Counted from the stretch's first letter, positions 29,624 to 39,114 are shown. The stretch: 64,000 bases of DNA from Legionellaceae bacterium (GCA_029210085.1 JARGPP010000024.1:4175-68174); one strand, 5' to 3'. Translations and numbers: made by a program. The notes: generated by a model from the sequence alone, not told the origin.

Positions 29624-30110
29624 CCATTTCCTCACCTATTATAACGGTCCCAAACAGATATAAAATAGGTTTGCGATGGCAAGACCTACCAGCAGAGTTT
29701 GGATGCTGGAATTCAATTTATCAACAGTCCAATCGTTAGTCACTAAAAAACACAGCACGAGTGCCCGCAGCATTGGATATGAGGCTATCGGTCAATCTAA
29801 AAGATGAAACACAACAAAAATTCATATGGTTGTTGATTCATATGGATTACCAATTGAATTTCAACTGACTGGGGGAGAGGTGCATGGCGCAAAGGCCATG
29901 ATAGTGAAGCTATTCGCGAGCAAATCAGGGAAAAAAGTGTCATACCCAATATTCCACGAAAACAGCATTCAAAAACGGGCCACGTCAGTGGAAGATAAAT
30001 ATAATCGAGCAAGTCCATTTAGAGTGGCGTGATTTATATGAAGATATTTGCCATTACGCAAGAGCCTCTGGATGACGCGGGCAAGCCGGGGCACGTAGGC
30101 GCTGGGGGAA

Positions 30111-30141
30111 ATTGCCAACAGCCCCTAGTCGACAAGGGCAC
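30111..30141. repeat. Right inverted repeat of IS remnant
   Basis: The reverse complement is GTGCCCTTgtcgaCTAGGGGCTGTTGGCAAT. Confidence 0.7.
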
Positions 30142-30194
30142 TTATCCGCTGTAACATCGAAAAATAATAAGCAGTATGGCATAAGGAATGGCCA

Positions 30195-31487
30195 ATGATT
30201 CGAACATTTTTATCACGCACAAAACCCATGACACTGATGATTATTGGTTTAAGTGTCGTTTTTGGTGGCCTTATCCTATTTAATGTTGCCAAAAAAGTTT
30301 TAATGCAACAGTTCTTTAAAAACTTTCAAATGCCTGCTGTGAGTGTTGCCTCAGTTGAAGTTAAGACAGAAAATTGGCAGCCAAACCTACACACTGTTGG
30401 CTCTTTTGTAGCGGTCAATGGGGTCGATATTAATTCTGAAGCCTCCGGAAATGTGGTTGCTATTCACTTTGAATCAGGTGAGGCTATTCAAAAAAATGTT
30501 CCTCTCATTGATATTGATGACAGTATTGATCAGGCAACATTAAAGTCTCACCAAGCAAACTTAGTGTTACAAAAAGTAAACTATAAGCGTCAAGTTCAAC
30601 TCTTGAAAAAAAATGCAACGTCACAATCAGAAGTTGATACAGCAAAAGCTCAGATGCTAGAAGCCGAAGCCAATGTCGAAAAGACGGAAATTAACATTCA
30701 ACAAAAACACATTAAAACCCCTTTTGCTGGTCGTCTTGGGATTCGCATGATTAATTTAGGAGAATACATTACACCAGGCAAAACAAATATTGTAACCCTG
30801 CAATCACTCGACCCCCTTTTTCTTGAATTTCATATTCCAGAACAACTATTACCTCGTATTCATGTAGGACAGAATATTTTATTTGCTGTGGAGCCCGATA
30901 CAGACAAAGTATTTTCAGGAAAAATTACAGCCATTAATGCTAAAGCAGATACTCAAACGCACAATGTTAAAATTCATGCAACACTTGCCAATTGTCCTCC
31001 TGAAGTATTTAACGAAGAAAGACGCTCTCATCTGATTGAAGCCCAAAAAATTCCAAACTCCGCACGTACACACATCATTTGCAGTTCAACAAAAAATAAA
31101 GCAGCAAACCTTGAAAAATATGCTTTTATCCCAGGTATGTTTGCATCTATTGAAATAGAGCAACCTGCTATTTCAAATGCTTTAGTGCTTCCAACCACTG
31201 CTATTTCATATAGCTTATATGGAAACTCCGTCTTTTTAATTGAGCCTGAAGTTATCGATGATGTCATTCAGAAAGATAAAAATGGACAAGATATCCTAAC
31301 CGTAAGGCGTGTTTTTGTGACGACGGGTGATGAGCAAGGTAATCAAATTATTATTACCAAAGGACTTAAGGCCGGTCAACAGGTCGTCAGTGCCGGTGAA
31401 GTCAAATTACAAAATGGTACACGGGTGGTCATCAATAATGATGTTCCTTTAAATACCACGAGCAATACACCGAGCTTAAGCGAGTAA
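30195..31487 (+). CDS. RND efflux periplasmic adaptor (membrane fusion protein, HlyD/AcrA family)
   Basis: 430 aa with an N-terminal TM anchor, a lipoyl/hairpin/beta-barrel pattern (VASVEVK..., IKTPFAGRLGIR) and an RBS aaggaatggccaATG. An RND pump gene follows directly. Confidence 0.9.
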   Translation: MIRTFLSRTKPMTLMIIGLSVVFGGLILFNVAKKVLMQQFFKNFQMPAVSVASVEVKTENWQPNLHTVGSFVAVNGVDINSEASGNVVAIHFESGEAIQKNVPLIDIDDSIDQATLKSHQANLVLQKVNYKRQVQLLKKNATSQSEVDTAKAQMLEAEANVEKTEINIQQKHIKTPFAGRLGIRMINLGEYITPGKTNIVTLQSLDPLFLEFHIPEQLLPRIHVGQNILFAVEPDTDKVFSGKITAINAKADTQTHNVKIHATLANCPPEVFNEERRSHLIEAQKIPNSARTHIICSSTKNKAANLEKYAFIPGMFASIEIEQPAISNALVLPTTAISYSLYGNSVFLIEPEVIDDVIQKDKNGQDILTVRRVFVTTGDEQGNQIIITKGLKAGQQVVSAGEVKLQNGTRVVINNDVPLNTTSNTPSLSE

Positions 31488-31491
31488 GTCT

Positions 31492-34400
31492 ATGCATTTT
31501 ACCGATTTATATATTAAGCGACCTGTGCTCTCAACAGTTGTGAGTCTGCTGATTTTATTATTTGGTTTAAATTCTCTGCTCAATATCTCCATTCGTCAAT
31601 ATCCAAAAATGGATAATACGGTTATTACGGTTACAACAAACTATCCTGGAGCTGATGCAAATCTGATTGCTGGCTTTATTACAACGCCCATTGAAAGTGC
31701 TGTTTCAAGCGCTGAAGGGGTTGATTACATGACCTCATCAAGCACGCTTGGAAAAAGTACGATTACACTGAATATTAAACTAGGCTTTGACTCACAAGTT
31801 GCTTTTACTGATGTCATGAGCAAAGTACAGCAAACTTTAAATCAATTACCTTCGGAATCACAAGACCCTGTCATTGTGAAAAGTTCCGACACTTCAACTG
31901 ATTTATTATATTTAAGTCTGAACAGTCCTGACATGACTCCTCAACAAATCACGGACTATGCCACTCGTGTGGTCAAACCGCAGCTTGAGACCATCAGTGG
32001 CGTTTCTGAAGCTGAAATTTTAGGTGGACAAGTTTACTCCATGCGTATTTTTCTTGATCCTAATAAAATGGCCGCTTTAAATGTAACCCCTGCAGATGTT
32101 GCTAGCGTACTTTCAAATAATAACTTTTTAACCGCAGCGGGTCGCACCAAAAGTGAATACGTTGCCGTGAGCATTCGCGCTAATACCGACTTAAGTAATG
32201 CCGAGCAATTTGGTCAAATCATTGTTCGTAATAACGATGGTTCGATTATTCGTCTGCGTGATGTTGGGCGTGTTGAACTCGGCTCTCAAAACTATGACTC
32301 ATCTGTTGTTTTTAATGGAAAAAAAGCTGTTTTTATTGGGATTACGCCAACCCCTAGTGCAAATCCTCTCGATGTGATTACCCAAGTGCGACAATCATTC
32401 GAGTCATTGACACCACAATTTCCACCTTCACTTGAAGGGACTGTGGTTTATGATGCAACGGACTTTATTCGTGCATCGATTGATGAAGTGGTTTCGACCA
32501 TTCTTGAAGCTGCTGTGATTGTCATCATCGTCATTTTCTTATTTTTAGGCTCACTTCGCTCAGTACTCATCCCTGTTGTCACAATTCCGTTGTCTTTAGT
32601 CGGCGTATGTACCTGTATGTTTTTTTTAGGTTACTCCATTAATTTACTCACGCTTCTTGCTTTTGTACTGGCCATTGGTCTTGTGGTGGATGATGCCATT
32701 GTCGTTGTTGAAAATGTTCATCGTCATATTGAAGAAGGTAAGACTCCTTTTCAAGCGGCTATTACTGGCGCACGTGAAATTGCAACCCCTGTGATTGCTA
32801 TGACCATCACCTTGGCGGCTGTTTATGCCCCTATTGGGTTTATGTCTGGTCTTACGGGCGCATTATTTAAAGAATTTGCTTTTACATTGGCCTCCGCTGT
32901 CGTGATTTCAGGCGTTATCGCATTGACTCTTTCTCCGATGATGTGTTCTAAAATTCTTACGCCTGAAATGAGTGAGGGCAAGTTATCAAAAACTGTTGAA
33001 CATGTTTTTCAAACCTTACGCGTGCGATATAAACATTGGCTACACAAATTACTGAACACACGTGAAATTATGATTGTTTTTTCGGTGGTTGTGCTTTTGA
33101 TTTTGCCTTATTTATATATGAAAACGCCCAGCGAAACAGCCCCAGAAGAAGACCAAGGGTTCTTTTTTGTGGTTGGAACCCCACCACAGTCAGCGACTTT
33201 AGAGTATATTGAGGCCTTTACAAAGCCATTTGAAAAGATATTCTCTAGTTTTCCTGCGACAGAACATTATTTTATTGTCAACAGTGCTGCTCCTGTCGCA
33301 GGCATTGTATTAAAGCCCTGGGGCGACCGCGATATTACGCAATTTGAAATGAAAAAACCGCTCCAAGAAGCGATTAATACAATACCAGGCATCAAAAACT
33401 TTGCTGTAATTCCCCCACCTTTACCCGGTGGTGGTGGTGGCACACCGATTCAATTTGTTGTTAAAACCAGTAATGACTTTGCAAGCTTACTTAATGTATC
33501 TGATAAACTCATGAAAAAAGCACGTGAAAGTGGTTTATTTATTTACTTAGACAATGGTTTGAAATTTAATCAACCTGAAGTTGAACTTCAAATTAACCGC
33601 GCTAAAGCCGCCGATTTAGGCTTAGACATGAAAGCCATTGGTAACACAATTAGTAGTGCCTTGTCTGGTGGCTATGTCAATTACTTTAACCTAGAAGGAC
33701 GAAGCTACCAGGTTATCCCTCAACTTGAACGAAAATTTCGGATGACTAACGAGCAACTCGGCCAAATTTATATAAAAACCATCGAGAATACCATGGTACC
33801 TCTCTCAACCATTGTCACCCCTGTTGAAAAAACACAACCCAACGCCATCACTCACTTTCAACAACTCAACTCAGCAACGATTCAAGGCGTGATGACACCA
33901 GGCACAACCCTTGGTGAAGGTTTGAGCTTTTTACAAGAAGCGGCGAAAGACGTGTTGCCCAAAGGTTTTACCTCTGATTATGGTGGTCAATCAAGGCAGT
34001 TTATGCAAGAAGGAAGTGCCCTTATCTTTGCTTTTTTCCTCTCGATTATTATTATTTTCTTAGTCCTTTCAGCCCAGTATGAAAGCTTTCGCGATCCTCT
34101 GATTATTCTGATTAGCGTTCCTATGTCATTGTGTGGTGCGCTCATTCCGCTCAATTTAGGGGCTGCAACCATTAATATTTATACTCAAGTTGGTTTAATT
34201 ACTTTAATCGGTTTAATCAGTAAACATGGTATCCTTATTGTCGATTTTGCAAATCATCTGCAACGAACTAAAAAGCTCGATCGCCGTGCAGCAGTTGAAG
34301 AAGCAGCAAGCATTCGCTTACGTCCTATCTTAATGACAACCGCTGCTATGGTATTTGGCGTATTGCCACTCTTAATTGCCTCAGGTGCAGGTGCTGTGAG

Positions 34401-34536
34401 TCGTTTTGATATTGGCCTTGTCATTTCAACCGGCCTATTGATTGGCACCGGCTTTACATTGTTTGTCGTACCCACAATGTATACCTACCTTGCCGCTGAT
34501 CATCGACATGATGATTTTGATAAAGCAATGATATGA
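31492..34536 (+). CDS. RND efflux transporter permease (HAE1, AcrB/MdtB-like)
   Basis: 1014 aa. The N-terminus FTDLYIKRPVLSTVVSLLILLFG, the motif VDDAIVVVENV and 12 TM segments with two large loops fit the family. Confidence 0.95.
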   Translation: MHFTDLYIKRPVLSTVVSLLILLFGLNSLLNISIRQYPKMDNTVITVTTNYPGADANLIAGFITTPIESAVSSAEGVDYMTSSSTLGKSTITLNIKLGFDSQVAFTDVMSKVQQTLNQLPSESQDPVIVKSSDTSTDLLYLSLNSPDMTPQQITDYATRVVKPQLETISGVSEAEILGGQVYSMRIFLDPNKMAALNVTPADVASVLSNNNFLTAAGRTKSEYVAVSIRANTDLSNAEQFGQIIVRNNDGSIIRLRDVGRVELGSQNYDSSVVFNGKKAVFIGITPTPSANPLDVITQVRQSFESLTPQFPPSLEGTVVYDATDFIRASIDEVVSTILEAAVIVIIVIFLFLGSLRSVLIPVVTIPLSLVGVCTCMFFLGYSINLLTLLAFVLAIGLVVDDAIVVVENVHRHIEEGKTPFQAAITGAREIATPVIAMTITLAAVYAPIGFMSGLTGALFKEFAFTLASAVVISGVIALTLSPMMCSKILTPEMSEGKLSKTVEHVFQTLRVRYKHWLHKLLNTREIMIVFSVVVLLILPYLYMKTPSETAPEEDQGFFFVVGTPPQSATLEYIEAFTKPFEKIFSSFPATEHYFIVNSAAPVAGIVLKPWGDRDITQFEMKKPLQEAINTIPGIKNFAVIPPPLPGGGGGTPIQFVVKTSNDFASLLNVSDKLMKKARESGLFIYLDNGLKFNQPEVELQINRAKAADLGLDMKAIGNTISSALSGGYVNYFNLEGRSYQVIPQLERKFRMTNEQLGQIYIKTIENTMVPLSTIVTPVEKTQPNAITHFQQLNSATIQGVMTPGTTLGEGLSFLQEAAKDVLPKGFTSDYGGQSRQFMQEGSALIFAFFLSIIIIFLVLSAQYESFRDPLIILISVPMSLCGALIPLNLGAATINIYTQVGLITLIGLISKHGILIVDFANHLQRTKKLDRRAAVEEAASIRLRPILMTTAAMVFGVLPLLIASGAGAVSRFDIGLVISTGLLIGTGFTLFVVPTMYTYLAADHRHDDFDKAMI

Positions 34537-34595
34537 TGTTGCTTCTGTTTTTAATCAGCCTAGAGCATGTTTAATATTGTGTGATTCAATAAAAC

Positions 34596-35021
34596 CTAAA
34601 TCATTGCCCTAGTATCGCTATTTTTTTGTTTGGAGCGTCTTGAGCGTCTTGAGCGTCTTTTTTTCTGACGCTTTATTTTCTCACTTTTTTGCTGCGCTTT
34701 TGTTTTTTCATCGCCCAGTATTGAATGTAATTTTTCACACAAACGATACCTTGCAAAATAGCGATTATCTTCACGAAATCTAGTATCTTGGCACTTTATT
34801 TCAAGACTCGATGGCAGGTGCTTTAAATAAACAGCTGATGCAGTTTTATGAAGATTTTGGCCCCCTTTTCCACGACCAATTATAAATTTTTCAATCAAAT
34901 CTGCTTCGTGTATATGAAGTTTTAACATCCATACCGCCAATTTTTCCCATTTCCTTGGATTAATCATCGCATACTCGTTTGTGCATTCTAAATGTACCGC
35001 CTTATTCTCATCTATTTTCAT
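34596..35021 (-). CDS. Peptide chain release factor-like GGQ-domain protein (ArfB/peptidyl-tRNA hydrolase-like)
   Basis: GGQ motif in context: LIEKFIIGRGKGGQNLHKTASAVYLKHLPSSLEIKCQDTRFREDNR. The C-terminal tail is highly basic (KIKRQKKRRSRRSRRSKQK). The ATG at 35021 is preferred, although the ORF is open to 35093. Confidence 0.75.
   Translation of the reverse strand: MKIDENKAVHLECTNEYAMINPRKWEKLAVWMLKLHIHEADLIEKFIIGRGKGGQNLHKTASAVYLKHLPSSLEIKCQDTRFREDNRYFARYRLCEKLHSILGDEKTKAQQKSEKIKRQKKRRSRRSRRSKQKNSDTRAMI
34633..34659. repeat. Perfect 9-nt tandem repeat (GAGCGTCTT x3), in frame, encoding (RRS)3 in the GGQ protein tail
   Basis: Read directly from the sequence. Confidence 0.9.
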
Positions 35022-35132
35022 GATAAACAGGTGATTGCTTATTATCAGGTCAACATATAGTATGGCAACATATTTAACAGCCAACACAATCAACTTTATT
35101 TTAATTAACTTACATGACTAAGGAACATTAAA

Positions 35133-36149
35133 ATGCCTAAGCCCTCAGAAGTAATCGATATCACAGGTTATCCTCTTATCCCATTAGAAAAAAACGCGGA
35201 GAATCATTATCCTTTTCCACGTATACGTTGTGGCATCCTTCCTTATTATATCAACTCCACAGGCCAAATTATTTGGGGATGTATCGAATCAAATCGAGTT
35301 GAACCGATTACACTTTCACCCGCTGCAGGCACCCAAGATATTATTGCCCTAAAAAGTAATCAGCGCTTGCTCTTAGAAGCAGGAAAGCCTTTACCTGAGT
35401 TAAATATACCCGGGATAACTGCAGGCGAATTTTTCAGAGGTCAAGTTTATCAAGATACACTAAACCACTTAGTCCATCATGGATTTAAAGTGTATCTAGA
35501 AAATCCTTTAGCAACAGCAATTCATGAAGCACATGAAGAGCACGGCATTGATTTACATCAAACAAGTGGTCTCGACAGGCATTTATTAAGAACACCACTC
35601 GAACACACAAAGCCCATTACAACGGAAGACCGACCTGATGTTGCCGCTGTATGTATGTGGTTTCCTGAATTAAAGAATATTGAGGGCATTCAATTACGCC
35701 ATACTCATAAAACCGACACAAAAATGCGTAGAAACTTTGGCCGAAAATTCTATGAGCAAGGATGTTGGGTCACTTTAGATGATTTTAAAACAAAATTTAA
35801 TCAAGAACGAAAGAAGTTTTCTTCTTTTTCAGCAGATAACTATACAGAGGTCAAACTTCAGCTCATTACTGAAGCATTCAAAGCCTTTAGACTCAATATA
35901 CAACTTTTAAAACGTATAGAATTATTATTACAAGTTGAACTGTATACACGAAAACAAGCGCAAAAAAGTCCCACCAATATAACCGCATTATCGCAAGTAC
36001 TAACGACCTCAATCACACCGCAATCAAGCTATGAAAACGCTCATGTTTTTTTTAGCACAACGATGATACGTGCTGAGCCTCGCTTACAGCATGACCTAGC
36101 CAAATATCAACAAGATGATATTTCAGACCAAAAACACTTAAATTTATAA
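35133..36149 (+). CDS. Hypothetical protein with interrupted Nudix-like signature
   Basis: 338 aa with RBS aaggaacattaaaATG. The signature reads RCGILPYYINSTGQIIWGCIESNR...SPAAGTQD, then about 52 aa, then ENPLATAIHEAHEEHGIDL. This is a motif-level call only. Confidence 0.45.
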   Translation: MPKPSEVIDITGYPLIPLEKNAENHYPFPRIRCGILPYYINSTGQIIWGCIESNRVEPITLSPAAGTQDIIALKSNQRLLLEAGKPLPELNIPGITAGEFFRGQVYQDTLNHLVHHGFKVYLENPLATAIHEAHEEHGIDLHQTSGLDRHLLRTPLEHTKPITTEDRPDVAAVCMWFPELKNIEGIQLRHTHKTDTKMRRNFGRKFYEQGCWVTLDDFKTKFNQERKKFSSFSADNYTEVKLQLITEAFKAFRLNIQLLKRIELLLQVELYTRKQAQKSPTNITALSQVLTTSITPQSSYENAHVFFSTTMIRAEPRLQHDLAKYQQDDISDQKHLNL

Positions 36150-36167
36150 TGAAAGATAAATATACTG

Positions 36168-37706
36168 TTACTTAAAGCTTTCCGAAAATTGCGCTGGAGA
36201 CATTAAGTTTACAGCTTGCTCATCTAAATGAATCAATTTGAAAGTAGATTCATTTGCCTGCGTATTGGCCTGTGGATTTTTGGGGTAAAATGACAGTATT
36301 GGCAAGAATACAGCACCCCCAATTACATAACGAGTTTCTCCATTTTTTGGAGACACACCCCACACATTTTGATAAGTGATGGCTTCGATATGATGATTGA
36401 TTTTAGCATTGCCTACATACAACATGATATGACCCGGCTTATATATCAATGACATCAATGGATGCCCTTCAGCACGCAGCACACGAAGCCGCTCATCAAG
36501 TGTGCATGCAGATAAATCAATTTTTTTATTGAGTTTGGCCTGCAAACCTGAGTTTCTTGGTAACCAAATGCCAAAAGGGGTAAAGAGGCTTTTTAACTCT
36601 TGAGAGCAATCATTTAGAAAAAAGGCCCCACCCCATCCATATGAGCGATGTTGTAATTGCTGAATAAGCTTTACCATATGCTCAGGTGATGCTGTAAGTG
36701 GCATAAAAGCCACAGCTTGTTGCTTAATAAAACCTTTTTTAATCACGGCTTGATGATGTGTATTTTTACTGGGAATTAAAATAGAAACACGCTCACCATC
36801 CCGCTTCATCAATGGAAATACCGCACCAATATAGCCGCTCAATTGAAATTGTTGTCGCTCATCTAAAATGCTCACCTTTGTTTGTGTAATTGCAACCAAC
36901 TGTCTTTGCGCAGCTTCCTGCCACTGTTTAATAAAATCAGGTGAAGCAGATGCAATATCGCTGCTTTTAACCCAAGCAAAATAAGCATCAGGCGTAAGTA
37001 CCAATGACCAGGCTTTGTCTTTAGATATATTCAATATATAAAGCGGTGTGCCTGACCAAACACTCGCAACTTGGAAATTATCAAAAGGAAAGCCTTCTCC
37101 TGGCACACGCTCATTAAAAAAATCGGGCTCATCAGAAGGCATCACACGAGCAAAGGTATTATGCACTGCAATAGCCCTGTTTTTTTCCTGAAATACAGCG
37201 CCATCCAACGCATTCAAATTTAAGTTGTTTTGTAGTGCTCGCCACCATGCTTTATCATGCTCTCTAAAGTTTTCAGCATAGTGTTTTCGTACCCCTTCTT
37301 TTTTGCATGAACTAAAAGATATCTGTACCGCACGCTCTGCCTTTTTAACGACCGGAAAAATCGCATTAACCATAGACCGACTCCAAGGTGATAGACCTTT
37401 CGAGTCACTTAAATAATAATGCGTATAAAACTGCTTTAAGCGTAATTTTTGATAGTCAGGGGTTAGTAAGTTTTTCGTATAACCGGGGCTTTCAGGTGAT
37501 ATATAATCACTCGCCTCTTGCGAGTAAGCTTCAATTTGAAAATATTCTCTCGGTATATTGACCGCAAAAGATGTCAAAGAACACGTTATCAAACCTAGAA
37601 ACAAAGTTGCATAGATATTTTTAAACTTAAAACAAAACAACATGAATAAAAACCACGAAAACACAAAAAGAAAAAAATTATACCATATTAATTCAATTAT
37701 AAGCAC
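36168..37706 (-). CDS. SH3b-domain NlpC/P60 family peptidase (YkfC-like gamma-D-glutamyl-L-diamino acid endopeptidase type)
   Basis: 512 aa with a hydrophobic N-terminus. The catalytic Cys context is SYGWGGAFFLNDCSQELKSLFTPFGIWLPRNSGLQ and the His context is YKPGHIMLYVGN. The start is uncertain and overlaps the upstream GT stop by 14 nt. Confidence 0.8.
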   Translation of the reverse strand: MLIIELIWYNFFLFVFSWFLFMLFCFKFKNIYATLFLGLITCSLTSFAVNIPREYFQIEAYSQEASDYISPESPGYTKNLLTPDYQKLRLKQFYTHYYLSDSKGLSPWSRSMVNAIFPVVKKAERAVQISFSSCKKEGVRKHYAENFREHDKAWWRALQNNLNLNALDGAVFQEKNRAIAVHNTFARVMPSDEPDFFNERVPGEGFPFDNFQVASVWSGTPLYILNISKDKAWSLVLTPDAYFAWVKSSDIASASPDFIKQWQEAAQRQLVAITQTKVSILDERQQFQLSGYIGAVFPLMKRDGERVSILIPSKNTHHQAVIKKGFIKQQAVAFMPLTASPEHMVKLIQQLQHRSYGWGGAFFLNDCSQELKSLFTPFGIWLPRNSGLQAKLNKKIDLSACTLDERLRVLRAEGHPLMSLIYKPGHIMLYVGNAKINHHIEAITYQNVWGVSPKNGETRYVIGGAVFLPILSFYPKNPQANTQANESTFKLIHLDEQAVNLMSPAQFSESFK

Positions 37707-38952
37707 CTAGCGCATTAAGTTTTCTTTTTATTTCAACGGAAAATGCCTCTGCAAAAATATCCCAATGGTATTGATGCTCAAAAAAATGCTTTGCATTGTC
37801 TTGCATGAGTTTAATCTGTTCGGGATGACTTATCATACCCTGAAACACTTTCACGGACAGCAAGAAATCACCTGTTGGATAAACAGAGCCTAAGTTAAAA
37901 TCTTTAATCAATGGTGTAATATTTTCGGTGTCTGATGACAAAACAGCAAGACCGGCCTTAAGATACTGTCCGAATTTTCCAGGACAACAATAACGGTGGT
38001 TAAGACAAACATCTGGCAAGTATGGAATGATACCCACATCATAATCCACCAAAGTATGGATAATATTATCTTCTTGAACCGGAGCTTTAATCCATAAAGA
38101 CCGTTCTGATGACTCACCCGCAAGGCTTAATAAATGCTTTTTATCTATTGTGCTCAAATGAGAAAGATACAAATCAAGCGTGGCATTTTCAGGCATAAGT
38201 TTTGCCCAAATTTGAATAAGTAACTCAATACCTCGTATACGTGGCGAAAATCCTGCAATCATAACAAAACGTATGTGCTTATTTTTTTTCATAACGCCCG
38301 CTACCGGTGCTTCGGGTAATTTGCTGGGTGTGTTCGGCAACAAAATATACGACTTTTCTTTAAACGCAGCATGCAAGTTACTGTAATACTCACCGATACC
38401 TTGAGCAACGCAAGGAAACATCATCGATTGTTCAATAAATAACTTTTCTTTATTTAAAATAAACCGCTTTAACTGCTCGGGTAACTGATAAGTCATGTCT
38501 GAATACAACTCTTTGATATCAAAGATAAATGCTTTATTCAGATGATGAGCTGCATGATAAGCGATAAAGGCACCAAAAAACATTTCACATCCATAAAAAA
38601 CATCTGCGCCTTTGATCAGTGCTTGAAAGTCTGAATGTTGCACTGCTTTTTTTGTATACGCGTCAATTGATTTAAAATACCAATATTCGCTTTTCTGGCC
38701 TAACCCTAATCCACTCAAAAGTCGCGCTAAACACTTAGTCAGTAACACCTTGGCTCCTAACCAAGATTTAATCACCACGTTATGACAAATATGTTTTTTA
38801 AATAACACATAGTGCGCTGTATTTTTTAAAATCAATGGATGAAGGTTAATCCCAATAACTTCGAAACCACTTGCCTTTAGGCTATCCGCTATCGTAATAA
38901 TGCGAGGATCTGCTGTTAAATACCCATAAGATAGTAAAACGATTTTTTTCAA
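37693..38952 (-). CDS. GT-B fold glycosyltransferase (GT4-like)
   Basis: 419 aa. The N-terminus KIVLLSYGYL and the C-terminal region CCPGKFGQYLKAGLAVLSS resemble the GT1/GT4 donor-binding region. Confidence 0.7.
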   Translation of the reverse strand: MKKIVLLSYGYLTADPRIITIADSLKASGFEVIGINLHPLILKNTAHYVLFKKHICHNVVIKSWLGAKVLLTKCLARLLSGLGLGQKSEYWYFKSIDAYTKKAVQHSDFQALIKGADVFYGCEMFFGAFIAYHAAHHLNKAFIFDIKELYSDMTYQLPEQLKRFILNKEKLFIEQSMMFPCVAQGIGEYYSNLHAAFKEKSYILLPNTPSKLPEAPVAGVMKKNKHIRFVMIAGFSPRIRGIELLIQIWAKLMPENATLDLYLSHLSTIDKKHLLSLAGESSERSLWIKAPVQEDNIIHTLVDYDVGIIPYLPDVCLNHRYCCPGKFGQYLKAGLAVLSSDTENITPLIKDFNLGSVYPTGDFLLSVKVFQGMISHPEQIKLMQDNAKHFFEHQYHWDIFAEAFSVEIKRKLNALGAYN

Positions 38953-39114
38953 GTGCCTCCCAAGAAGTAATATCAGTCAATAGATTCAAAGATAATATCT
39001 TAAACTAATTCTACGCACACTAGGACCGTTTGCTTGAAAATAAATGATTATTTTAGAACACATTGATTATTATTTTGTGATATAATGTGTTTTTTTATAT
39101 TTTGGTGACTTTTA

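Larger units (their letters stand above)
29598..30141 (+). mobile_element. Degraded IS5-family (IS427-like) insertion sequence: frameshifted, internally deleted transposase flanked by imperfect inverted repeats
   Basis: Transposase fragments occur in several frames: IGLRWQDLPAEFGCWNSIYQQSNR*, NTTKIHMVVDSYGLPIEFQLTGGEVHGAKA, HDSEAIREQIREKSVIPNIPRKQ and KINIIEQ. The element is about 545 bp, shorter than the roughly 0.85 kb expected for this group. Confidence 0.75.

Noticed and set aside
29797-30032. Two overlapping 68-73 aa ORFs that could be taken for small genes.
   Set aside because: The plus-strand ORF is a fragment of the IS5-family transposase (VVDSYGLPIEFQLTGGEVHG). The minus-strand ORF is its shadow. 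Both lie inside the inverted repeats of the decayed element.
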